Of a stretch of 64,000 nt of DNA, positions 31,842-41,407 are shown in pieces (positions within the stretch are counted from its first letter, which is position 1; every line of letters starts with the position of its first letter). The notes beneath the pieces were generated by a model. The model was not told where the DNA came from and did not search any database. It saw nothing but the letters and a program-made list of their open reading frames with translations. The position numbers and the translations under genes are program-made. The stretch comes from an uncultured Verrucomicrobiae bacterium (GTDB lineage Bacteria; Verrucomicrobiota; Verrucomicrobiia; Limisphaerales; Palsa-1400): assembly GCA_963707025.1 (NCBI GenBank), contig CAVPOM010000008.1:96001-160000 (forward strand), given 5' to 3'.

Positions 31842-34398
31842 ATGGCGAAGCACCCTTTACTAATATTCCCGAAGTCCGTCCCGGTTGACCGGGAAAAGCT
31901 CCGACCGGCCTATATCCCTCGCGCGGCCATCGGTCGTCGTTGGCAGGACTCTCACGTAGGACAACCACTCCTCAAATTGGAAGCAGCGATCGCCCGCCGC
32001 ACATTGGAGCTTTCCACCACTGCCTCGGGCGCAACAGCGGAAGAAGTGCTTGTCTTGGAAACGATTGGCAACGTAATTGATTTCGTTAATGCTGTCCGTC
32101 GGATTGAGGGTTTGGAGTGGCTGGTTTCCTTCGATGTCGCCGAAGCCGATGAGGAAAATCTTCCTTCGCTGGATGCTCCGGACGACGACTTCACGGAGGG
32201 GGGAAATCGTCTGTTCGCGCTCGCGACCGATGCCCAGGCTTTACACCAGCTCCTGTCCCTTTGGCAGAGGTACCAGACAGGTCAATCTTTTGAGCGCGGC
32301 TTCGGTGTATGGAAACAAGTTTTTGCACAATTGCGGGAGGTGCGGCGCTGGTCCGTAAAGGACCGCTTGTACGAGACAGGAATGGTAGAATTTTGGCGCG
32401 ATGCATTGGACATGGGTGATCCCACCATCACCTTTGCAGTAGAACTTTGGTTCCGTGCAAATCCAAGTGTGCGCCGCGCTCGGTTCGAATCGCTTCAGGC
32501 AGAAGCCGTATCTCTCGGTGGTCGGTTGGATCACTCCTACGAGCACGAGCCCACAGCCTTTCATGCCGCGGTGGCGACTTTTCCGCCGTCAGTTGTGAGG
32601 CAATTCCTCGAGCAGCCAGATACTTCGGCCTTTCTTGAGCGTGCCGAGGTTATGTATTGTCGTCCCCATGGACAGACCGCCATTCCGCTCCAAGACGGCG
32701 ATGCGTTCGGGATCGCCACAATCCCCACAACACCGCCGCCAGGGGAGCCTATGGTCGCCCTGCTCGACGGTTTGCCAGTGGAAAACCACTCTGCTTATGC
32801 TGGCTGGCTGCGGGTGGACGACCCCGACGGTTGGGCGGCAACGTATGAGGTGCGTGACAGACAACACGGGACGGGCATGGCTTCGCTAATCGTCCGGGGA
32901 GACCTAAGTTTAAATGAGGCGCCAATCAATTCGCCATTATATGTCCGTCCAATCCTCAAGCCGGACCCCAGCGATTTCCGCCGACCGCGACGGGAGGCTA
33001 TGCCGTTCGGGCGATTCCCCCAGGACTTGCTTGAGATTGCTGTCCGCCGATTCAAGATTGGAGATCCCGATAACCCCGCGACCGCGCCGAGCATTCAGGT
33101 CGTAAATTTATCGGTAGGGGACCCGTCTCGGTTGTTCGACGGGAGCATGAGTCCGTGGGGTCGAATGGTGGATTATCTCGCTTGGCGCTACAACTTGCTT
33201 TTTATCGTAAGCGCGGGAAACCATGCCTCATTCCGGATAGAGAAATCTCTCGCTCAGTGGGATTCTCTGACACCAATCGAGCGCGAACAAGAGGCACTTC
33301 TCGCGTGTTGGCGCGATATTCGGCACCGTCGCCTTCTGTCGCCGGCCGAGGCGATCAATGCGGTGACGGTGGCGGCGTTGCATATAGATAACAGCGGCCC
33401 TCCGCCGCCGTCGGGCGCACTGGGTACTATCCCAATCCAGAACCCAAACATTGCCTGCACAACTTCAGCCTTTGGCCCAGGCTGTTGAACGCTCAGTGAA
33501 GCCTGACATCGCCCTTCCTGGAGGCAGAAATGTGATGCGGGCAGAGTCGGGCCTGATTGTCAGAGCGGCAGGCACAGCGAGACCCCCAGGCCAACTTGTA
33601 GCTGTCCCCAGTGCTCCTGCGGCAACCGCAACTGGCCATACTCGCGGCACCAGCAATTCCGCAGCGCTGGCCACCAGGCAAGCCGTCGCCATTATCGAGA
33701 CGCTACGCAGCCTGACAATCGATGAGAATTCAATACCTGACGAGTTTCTGCCCGTGCTCACGAAGACAATGCTGGCCCACGCGGCGTCCGCTGCCCAAGC
33801 TGCGGTCAGACTTAGAGAAGTTTTCGATCCAGGGCACGATCAACGGGTCAACCTATTTCGAAAGCGCCATATCATAACTACCGTCGGCTATGGCACAGTG
33901 GATCCTGCACGCGCTACTGGCGCAGACGACCACCGCGCGACGCTCATTGGATGGGGCGAGCTAAAAAAGGAGCAGGGGCACGAATTTCGCCTTCCCCTTC
34001 CGCCGTCGCTGAACGCGGTTCGTGGAAAGCGTAGGCTTACCTTCACGCTTGCTTGGCTGTCGCCAATCAATCCACAAAGCCGCGCATATCGTTGTGCGCG
34101 CCTTTGGTTTTCGCCACCCAGCGAGACCCTCGCCACAGTACGCTCTGAGGCCGAATGGCGTTCTGTTCGCAACGGAACATTGCAGCACGAAATCTGGGAA
34201 GGTGAACAAGCGGCCGCCTTTTCCGATGGAACCGATATCGTCATCCGGGTGAACTGCCGGGAGGACGGCGGAAAGCTGCAGGGTGCTGTCCGGTATGGAT
34301 TGGCGGTATCCATCGAGGCTGCCGTCGAACTCGGACTGCCCATTTACGAAGAGGTCCGCCAAGCAATTGCCATTCGAGAGCCGATCCGGCCAACCTAA
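31842..34398 (+). CDS. ietS: S8 subtilase-family serine protease of an IetAS-like system (frameshift near 33478)
   Basis: Catalytic motifs ALLDG, HGTGMAS, SAGN, VKPDI, GTSNSA; no signal peptide. Confidence 0.85.
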
Positions 34399-34428
34399 CT
34401 TTCTCAAGGTTGCCTTCGCCGGCGGGTG

Positions 34429-35160
34429 CTAGTTTGGGGTGGAGTTGTTTTCAGTTTCAAGCCTGCGGCGCAACTTTTCGCGATGGGCGCTGAGGTTCTT
34501 CACTACTCTGGATGTAACGGATTCCTTTCCACGCGTGTCGGCTTCGTGGAGGAAGAACACTCTCCCGGTTTCGGTGTGCCGCAGTTCGCCGTTTTCCAGC
34601 ACGTTGAAACCATAGTGCGGCGCCTGTTGCCTCAAGAACTGAGCCAGGTTCCCGGTTGAACCGTCTTGCCGGAGAACCGGACCAAACACGAGCAGCAGCC
34701 GCAGGTTCTCGCATAATGGCAGCAACCGGAAGAGCCATGCAACGTCGCGCTCGACCATCCGACCGAATTCGAGCCTGTCGGTTGCGCCATTCGTGAGCAT
34801 TGCCGATGTGGGGCGATATGAGACATCGAAGTGCGTGGCGGTTCCTTCCTCGTAACTCAGGTCCAGCAATTTCAACCCGGCGCGCCACGGCTTAAACCAG
34901 TCGTGCGGTGGCGCTCTGTGGTTGAAATAATCCCTCAACCTTCGCTTCCAATCTAGTGGCGTTTTAACATCTGCCCAGCCACGGCTGAATTCAAACTCGG
35001 TGTTTGAAGGATTTACTCCGACCGTTGCGACGAGCGCCTTGGCGGGGTTCCCAAAGAAGGGTATCGGCCAGTGCGGGCATCGGATCCTATTCAACGGGAA
35101 GTCATTCTGACTTTCTCTCCAGTCCTGAAGCACGGCCGTCAGATGGTCAGAAATGGTCAC
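34429..35160 (-). CDS. Hypothetical protein, possible uracil-DNA-glycosylase-like fold
   Basis: PIPFFGN...VATVGVNPS..EF motif; GTG start overlaps the upstream gene. Confidence 0.5.
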   Translation of the reverse strand: MTISDHLTAVLQDWRESQNDFPLNRIRCPHWPIPFFGNPAKALVATVGVNPSNTEFEFSRGWADVKTPLDWKRRLRDYFNHRAPPHDWFKPWRAGLKLLDLSYEEGTATHFDVSYRPTSAMLTNGATDRLEFGRMVERDVAWLFRLLPLCENLRLLLVFGPVLRQDGSTGNLAQFLRQQAPHYGFNVLENGELRHTETGRVFFLHEADTRGKESVTSRVVKNLSAHREKLRRRLETENNSTPN

Positions 35161-35824
35161 GCGCCTCCGTTCTTGGCATTTCAACAGCCTGCGGCGGCGG
35201 AGCCGCCCATGAGACAACGCGCTTGGACAGACGCTCCAATTCCCCACCGGCGGTGATATGGGCGAACCAAACTTCGTCGGCCAAGGCGGCGACGAATTCA
35301 TTGCGCCGGGTGGCCAACGCGGCTGTGACGCGGTTCTCCCTGGGGGCGAACGGGGACAGGACCAGCAAGCGGCCGTCGGCCATCGGTTGTCTCCATTCTG
35401 GGGGCACTCGCCGGGGCAACGAGCGTGCCGGGCAAATGATTATAGGCTGCGAGCCGCGCAGGAGGATTTGCAGACACTCCTTTTCCACGGGGGAATGGAA
35501 GCCGCTGATGACGCAGCGACCGGCGTCGCGCCATTTGGCAGCCTGGTCGTAGGTAGTCAGGATGGCGTGGCCGGGACATCGGGCGGAACAGAAAAGTGCG
35601 GTTTTGGGGAGGGCGAGCAGGTCGAGGTTGCCGAGGACTGAGATTTGCTTCGGTGCATTGTTTCCCAACAGGCGCACGACCCGATGTGGGTAACCGGCAT
35701 CCGACAGCCTGATTTCAGTTGGGTGTGTTGGCGTCGGTTGGGGATTTCCTGCTCTAAGCTTCCCCGACACAACACATTCGTTGTGATTCGACGGCTTCTG
35801 CCGCGATTGTGGCCGGCAGATCAT
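35147..35824 (-). CDS. Short DprA/Smf-like SLOG-domain protein
   Basis: GNLDLL...ALFCS..CPG, ISGFHSPVEKECL, CPARSL, RRNEFVAALAD. Confidence 0.8.
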   Translation of the reverse strand: MICRPQSRQKPSNHNECVVSGKLRAGNPQPTPTHPTEIRLSDAGYPHRVVRLLGNNAPKQISVLGNLDLLALPKTALFCSARCPGHAILTTYDQAAKWRDAGRCVISGFHSPVEKECLQILLRGSQPIIICPARSLPRRVPPEWRQPMADGRLLVLSPFAPRENRVTAALATRRNEFVAALADEVWFAHITAGGELERLSKRVVSWAAPPPQAVEMPRTEARDHF

Positions 35825-37543
35825 GTAATTCCTTTCAAATATTCAAGCAGTTCCTCTGGGGAACTACCAATCTGCGTGTCATAAACCATGCCAAATTCGA
35901 GCGGCTTGTTGCGCATTTTCTGGGCCATGAATTTATCGCAAAATAACGCGTCGCAATACGGTAGTGCCTGCGCGGCGTGCAGGAAGTCGAGCATATCGTT
36001 CGGTTGCACTTTCCTGTTGGTTTCGAGTGCCAGTGCTGCGCTCAGGCCGGCGATCACTTCCAGGGACGGCACAGCTTTTAGGTCGCGCCCCTCATAAAGA
36101 GGGCCGAGTACAGGCCGCAACGTGGTCTTCGGGGGTTCCCGGAAGACCACTACACATCGTGAACCACTTCAAAAACTCATCTTTCAGCGCACCGAGCAGG
36201 TCAGCCCGATAATTTTTCACCAACTGTTCAAACTTGGGTTTCGCCTCGGCGGGTTGGGCTTTTCTTTGATCGGCTGCTTTTACCCAAGCGGCAATCCCTT
36301 CGTCCGAAATTGGAGTCCAATCCGGCATGGCTTGATACTCCGCGAATGTCATATTCCAACGCAAATCAATGTAGGCTTTCATCATCGCCGCACTGTTTTG
36401 CCCGGGCAAATGCGGGAAAGTGACTGTGTGCTCCCCCGCCCAGTAACCGGCTTTAGTCCAAATAGGAAACGTTGCTTCGTTGGTACGGCCGCCTCGCAAT
36501 GTCCGATAGACATGCCGTGCAAATTCCATTTCGATCAGGTGCAGCCAATTCTGAACACACACACCACCGCTCAGGTAATCCATTATTCGAGCGGTTGCGA
36601 GCCGAGTCGCAATGTCGTTTTGCTTCATGAGTTCCTCAAATAGCGGGGAACTTGTGGGGCAGCAAATGCGCTTCTTTTGCCTAAGCAATTCCAGGCGGCC
36701 CAAGATTTCATCGTAGATTGGAATGAGCAGGGGACTCTGCGTGACGACATGGCGAAGATTCACCCAGTATTTTGTGTCCAAATAAATTAGCTTTTTGTCC
36801 GCCAGATCGCCAGCAAGTTCGGCCCGCTTCTGGGCAAGATACTCATCTGGGGACAAATGGGGGTTGGCGCGGTGTTTGTCCGCAAACCCCTGGACACGAC
36901 AGTGGCAATCAACTGTTGTATACCACCGCTCCCACTCGTCGCTTTTGCCCTTGCTCGCGGAATGTCTAAGCTCTCCTGATTGCATCCGGAACAAATCTTC
37001 AATTGTGTGTTCGCTCATGAACCGTTCCTTGGCGCGGTTAAAATCAATCGTGCCCACGTTGCGGCACGATTCCTCAAAGAAATCCAAGGCTTCGCCAAGA
37101 CCGTAGTTGTTTTCAAACTCGAAGAACTCTCTTTGCCTCCCCGCCGTGCCGACGAGGAACAGATGCCAATGTGATTGCGCGGCAACGCTGCGCCACAGAC
37201 GCATTTGCGTTTCGTTTTTCGGGTCGAGGTAACAATCCCATGAGCAGAATGGTTCGCTCAGGGCCGCTGGGTTTTCGACCCAGAACAGAATGAAAACCAG
37301 CGGCCCGAAATCATTGCGCGCACAACCGTTTTTCATCATCAGGCGGAACGGTTTGACCTGCCTGAGTTCTTCCATAAAAGGCGTTTGGTCGCGCACAAAC
37401 AGGACCACTTCTTCGCCCACCGCAGGGTCAAGAATCACGGGCATTGGCATAAGGCCATCGCGCGGGCCAAAAAACTCATCAAGCGCCGGAATCTCAAATT
37501 CCGTCGGGCCATGCTGCCACTTATTTTGCTTTTGCTCGCTCAT
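35821..37543 (-). CDS. Two-domain protein: unknown N-terminal domain + PIN-like domain (frameshift near 36110)
   Basis: IYLDTKYW, LFEELMKQ, and NDMLDFLHAAQALPYCDALFCDK in the distal frame. Confidence 0.6.
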
Positions 37544-37653
37544 TCTATCTGGTGGAAAGGGCATTACTCTTCCCTCTGGGTGCTGAGGTCAGCCCAATCG
37601 CAGTCTCCTCGGATGCGAAACAGAGTAATCTGGTCTGACGGGTGTGAATGCGA

Positions 37654-38775
37654 TCAAACCACACCGGGAACCTGCGGTCTTGGAATTGCATAAGGTAATG
37701 GACTGGCCGTTTCCGGGATTGGAGCCGACGTGGAGTAAAGGGATTCAAATTCGGCGGGGTCCTTTAACTTCTGAATCAAAAACTCAACCCACGCCTGAGT
37801 ATATCCGTAGTCTTCGTGCATTTTGTCGTAAACGCAATACTTCCAATCCGTTTGGTGCGGACAACTGCTGCCGCTCGGAGGCCGGACCTTGTACTTGTGC
37901 CAACATCGCGCGTGCGCATCCAAGGTGAACTTGTTGACCTGCTTTCCGTAGCGAGTCACCTTTGGATCGCCCAGTCCCGCCTGGACTTTCTTAACGACTT
38001 CGCCTGGCCTGATTATATCCGGGTTTGCCACTGGGACTTCTTTGAATTTGACCATGGCCACGACGTGACCCAGTTTTTCTTTCTCCTCATTTGACAGCTT
38101 ATCATAGTGTACAAACTGTATGGGCAGAGCGTTTTCACTTTTGTGATTTGCAACCTGGATCAGGAACGCCTTGAAGGAGTATTTTCCACTGGCGATGACC
38201 TCCGGTGAAATGGTCGATCGATATTGGTGGATAAAATCTACGATCGGCTTCGCTCCCGGGTTACGCTTGATGGCATCAACGAGGTTCTCGGAGGATGGAA
38301 ACAGTTGTAGGGAGAAGGACAAGCTCTCGCGCAGGCAATATTCTAAGCCAAATTCCTTTTCAAGCATCGCGTCAAAATTGAGCAACATGGCCTGGCACTC
38401 GCCAAAAATACTGGCGTCAAGTTCCGGCATCGATCTGTGCTCGATTTTGTTCCGAAGCGGGATGAAAAACTCCAAGTTTTTCCGGACAGGATCGCCTGTA
38501 TCGGCTTTGAAATACTGTGACAAACACTCACCAAGTTCCCAATGTTTGAAATCGTTTTCAACCTTCAAGAAGCGGCCGTGATCCTTACAAAATGGTTTGC
38601 GCTTCCCCTTGTAGAAGATTGCGTGGAACAAGGATGTCCAAGCAATCACCATGAGGGTGATGTAGCCGCCCGACTTGAATTTTACAGCGGGTTTGTTGTA
38701 AACCTCAACAGCCAGCAAGGCAGAATCCCTCGCCTTTTCAAGGGCATTTTTGACCTTCCGTCCGAGTCGTTTCAT
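37654..38775 (-). CDS. DUF3644 domain protein
   Basis: LEKARDSALLAVEVYNKP, IAWTSLFHA, LRNKIEH (HEPN-like RxxxxH). Confidence 0.8.
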   Translation of the reverse strand: MKRLGRKVKNALEKARDSALLAVEVYNKPAVKFKSGGYITLMVIAWTSLFHAIFYKGKRKPFCKDHGRFLKVENDFKHWELGECLSQYFKADTGDPVRKNLEFFIPLRNKIEHRSMPELDASIFGECQAMLLNFDAMLEKEFGLEYCLRESLSFSLQLFPSSENLVDAIKRNPGAKPIVDFIHQYRSTISPEVIASGKYSFKAFLIQVANHKSENALPIQFVHYDKLSNEEKEKLGHVVAMVKFKEVPVANPDIIRPGEVVKKVQAGLGDPKVTRYGKQVNKFTLDAHARCWHKYKVRPPSGSSCPHQTDWKYCVYDKMHEDYGYTQAWVEFLIQKLKDPAEFESLYSTSAPIPETASPLPYAIPRPQVPGVV

Positions 38776-38891
38776 CTCGCCTCGCTTTCGCCGTCGAGGC
38801 CACGGCGGTGTTTGACGTCGCAGTTCTGGATGAAAACTGGAGTTGACAACGTCTGATCAAGTTTCTGTTTGTCGGGTTGGATATCCACAAG

Positions 38892-39479
38892 TCATCGTTG
38901 ATTGTTTTTGAATTTAGATTCCTTCGCAAGGAGCAGACGGCGGAATGCGGTCATGGTTTGTGGCGGAGCCTCGTGGATGTATTGCAAGGCCCTTTCTCTG
39001 GTCGGAGCGGACAGGCCGTCCAAATAATTCAAGGCCGCGGCTGGGCTAAACGGGATGCGGAGAACATCCTCGAACCGACGCCCCAATGCAGTCCAGATGA
39101 CGGCGTCAAAACCTTTAGCCTGCGCCCAGGCACTGATGCGTTCGCAGGATTTGGGATGGCGGCTCAAGGCGTTATGGGCAAAACGCCCGGCGGCGACTTC
39201 GCAAAAGCCGATGTCATCTTGCGAAGTTCGCTCACGCACCCGCAAATCGGCGATGGCCGGTGGCAAGTCGCTGCGTTTGCTCAAGGCGTGAAGCGTGGTG
39301 ACTTCTGATTCGCATTGTTCGTCAATCACGAGCGTCAGGCAACCCGCACGCGCCCCGCGTTGCGAGATGCGGGAAAATTCAATCCAGAGTTTCGGGCCAT
39401 CCGGTTGCCACTCGCCTTCGATGGGCAGCCCGCGCGGCTCTTTGATGAGCGAACCCCAGCCGAGGATGGCGATTTTCAT
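38892..39479 (-). CDS. Gamma-glutamylcyclotransferase-like hypothetical protein
   Basis: MKIAILGWGSLI...DGP.L.IEFSR.S...LTLV; the ATG overlaps the stop of the upstream peptidase. Confidence 0.55.
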   Translation of the reverse strand: MKIAILGWGSLIKEPRGLPIEGEWQPDGPKLWIEFSRISQRGARAGCLTLVIDEQCESEVTTLHALSKRSDLPPAIADLRVRERTSQDDIGFCEVAAGRFAHNALSRHPKSCERISAWAQAKGFDAVIWTALGRRFEDVLRIPFSPAAALNYLDGLSAPTRERALQYIHEAPPQTMTAFRRLLLAKESKFKNNQR

Positions 39480-40394
39480 TTGCGTGCTCCCTTCGTGGCG
39501 CGGGCATGGAATTCCTCCGCCAATTGATTGCACAGGGCCTCCAACGCTTCCTCTGGATCGGCAAACGCCTGCTTCTTCAGCGTCCGACCCGAATTTTTGA
39601 AATGGAGGGCGAGAACGGCAAACGCAATCGCTTTGGTGATATGATTGGCATTGCCAAGGAAACGATTGAGAAGAGAACGTCAGGCGGTCGTAAGAAAATG
39701 GATGGCTGTTGCCACCCAAATTCCCCCCGTATAGCCCGATAGCTGTAGCTAACAGAAACGCTTGGACAACGCCGAGCATTCGCTTAACGAATATGAGACT
39801 GTCTGCATCAATGCCGTCCAGCACCCATTCCGCCGCCGCGATGTCCGCCTCCTTTTCTTGAGAGAGACTTAATGCGTTGTCCACGCCGGCACTGTGGCGA
39901 AGACGTATGTGTGCCAACTCGTGATGAAGCAGGAAGGCGCAGGATACCAAGCAAAGCTCGTTCGCTGCATTGTCCGGCCCATCGGCGGGTGTCTCTTGGG
40001 GAATTGGAAGGTTTGGAGGCCAGTTGTCAGCAGTGTCGTTTTCAAGCTGGCAAATAATCGCCCAACGAAGCAACTTCAACGCGTTGCTGACGCCTCCATC
40101 GGAATGAGGGTCAATTTCCGTAGGCCGGTCAAGTTTCTTACCCTGGATCAACCGAGTGTAGAAAAGAAAATGGGCCAGTGACGAACACCAAATCAATTCC
40201 ACTGCGCCACGGCTGACAAAAACCACCCGCTTTGAGGGATCGGCGTCGGCACAAAATTTCCAGCGGCGCTCATTGGTATATATGAGGTCAAAGTTGTCGA
40301 GCGAAATATCAAACTCTGATTTGCGCTCTGGTGCGATATTGAAGACCGAGTTGCCTAGATTGTCTGCCATCAAATGACGAATCGGCGATTGCAT
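39476..40394 (-). CDS. Lit-like (peptidase U49) zinc metallopeptidase (frameshift near 39675)
   Basis: FLLHHELAH (HExxH), EKEADIAA, HPFSYDRL. The alternative frame gives a C-terminus ending ...KGARK* at 39476. Confidence 0.7.
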
Positions 40395-40435
40395 CGTCGC
40401 TAGGCATGTTCTGTCAATTCGGCGCATATCGTGTC

Positions 40436-41407
40436 TTATGCGGAACGATCTAGTCCCAAACGGACGTCAAACTTTGGGTAGATCTTCCGGAATGAATCCA
40501 AAATCTCACTTCTGATTTGGTCCATTTGTTGAATTGCGGAATGGGTTGGATGGAATACAGAACACTCCGGGACGTTGCAGCCACAGGGACGAATCTCACC
40601 GGCTTTGACCAAGCTTTCGTAAGTTGTCCGTAACTTCGCGAGCTGCTTTTCGATAGACCCCAATTCCTTTTTCGTCGCTGGCGACTGAATTTGGTGGCGG
40701 CTTGGGATTCGGCGTATCTCAGTGCCGTCCCTAAGTCGGTGGACGCCAGTGCCGAGGGCTTCGATTGTGTCGGTGATTGCTTTTTTGAACGCCGGAACAG
40801 AGCTTTCCTGATGGAAGGGTGTGTAAAATGCAGGCCGGTCAAAGAGGGAACTCATTAAAGCCAGTCGCTCTTCATCATTATCAACCTGAACTGAACCGAC
40901 AAAAAGCTGCAATTCTTTCGATGAATCCGGGAATGCCTCCCCGCCAAAAAAGCGTTTGAGCAGTGATTCGGCTTTGTCCCGAAGGCGTTCTTCAAACTCA
41001 GGTCCTGACCAAACCTCGCATTCGTGAATGGCAACTTTCGACGCCTCGTTCTTGATGGCATCACGAAGTTTAGCAGATATTACACCGCCGCTGATAACTA
41101 TGCACTTGTCTGGAAAACCGCTGGGGCTTTTCCTGAGCTTTGCCAAATCAGATTTGGCTTTCGCTTTTGTAAGCTTCTGCCAGTTGGCACAGAGAGCGCA
41201 AATTCTCTGCCCGTTGGGAAACCTGTCACTCTCCCTCAATCCCCAGATGTCTCGACCTGAATCCGAGCCCGTTTGCCCATACCAATCGAGTGAAATCCAA
41301 TCGTTAGTTCGCAAGAGGAACGCAAATACAAGCCGCTCAAATGTCGTGCCATCGTAATCCTCGAAGTGAATCCGATGCACCATGGTGGATGGCTGAGGTT
41401 TTCTCAT
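40436..41407 (-). CDS. Mrr-like restriction endonuclease domain protein
   Basis: FERLVFAFL...YGQTGSDSGRDI, IWSG-like EVWSGPEFE; ATGA overlap with the MTase stop. Confidence 0.65.
   Translation of the reverse strand: MRKPQPSTMVHRIHFEDYDGTTFERLVFAFLLRTNDWISLDWYGQTGSDSGRDIWGLRESDRFPNGQRICALCANWQKLTKAKAKSDLAKLRKSPSGFPDKCIVISGGVISAKLRDAIKNEASKVAIHECEVWSGPEFEERLRDKAESLLKRFFGGEAFPDSSKELQLFVGSVQVDNDEERLALMSSLFDRPAFYTPFHQESSVPAFKKAITDTIEALGTGVHRLRDGTEIRRIPSRHQIQSPATKKELGSIEKQLAKLRTTYESLVKAGEIRPCGCNVPECSVFHPTHSAIQQMDQIRSEILDSFRKIYPKFDVRLGLDRSA

Noticed and set aside
38892..40427. 511-aa Lit-GGCT fusion on the ORF track
   Set aside because: A frameshift near 39675 explains it; the other frame gives a natural stop overlapping the next ATG.
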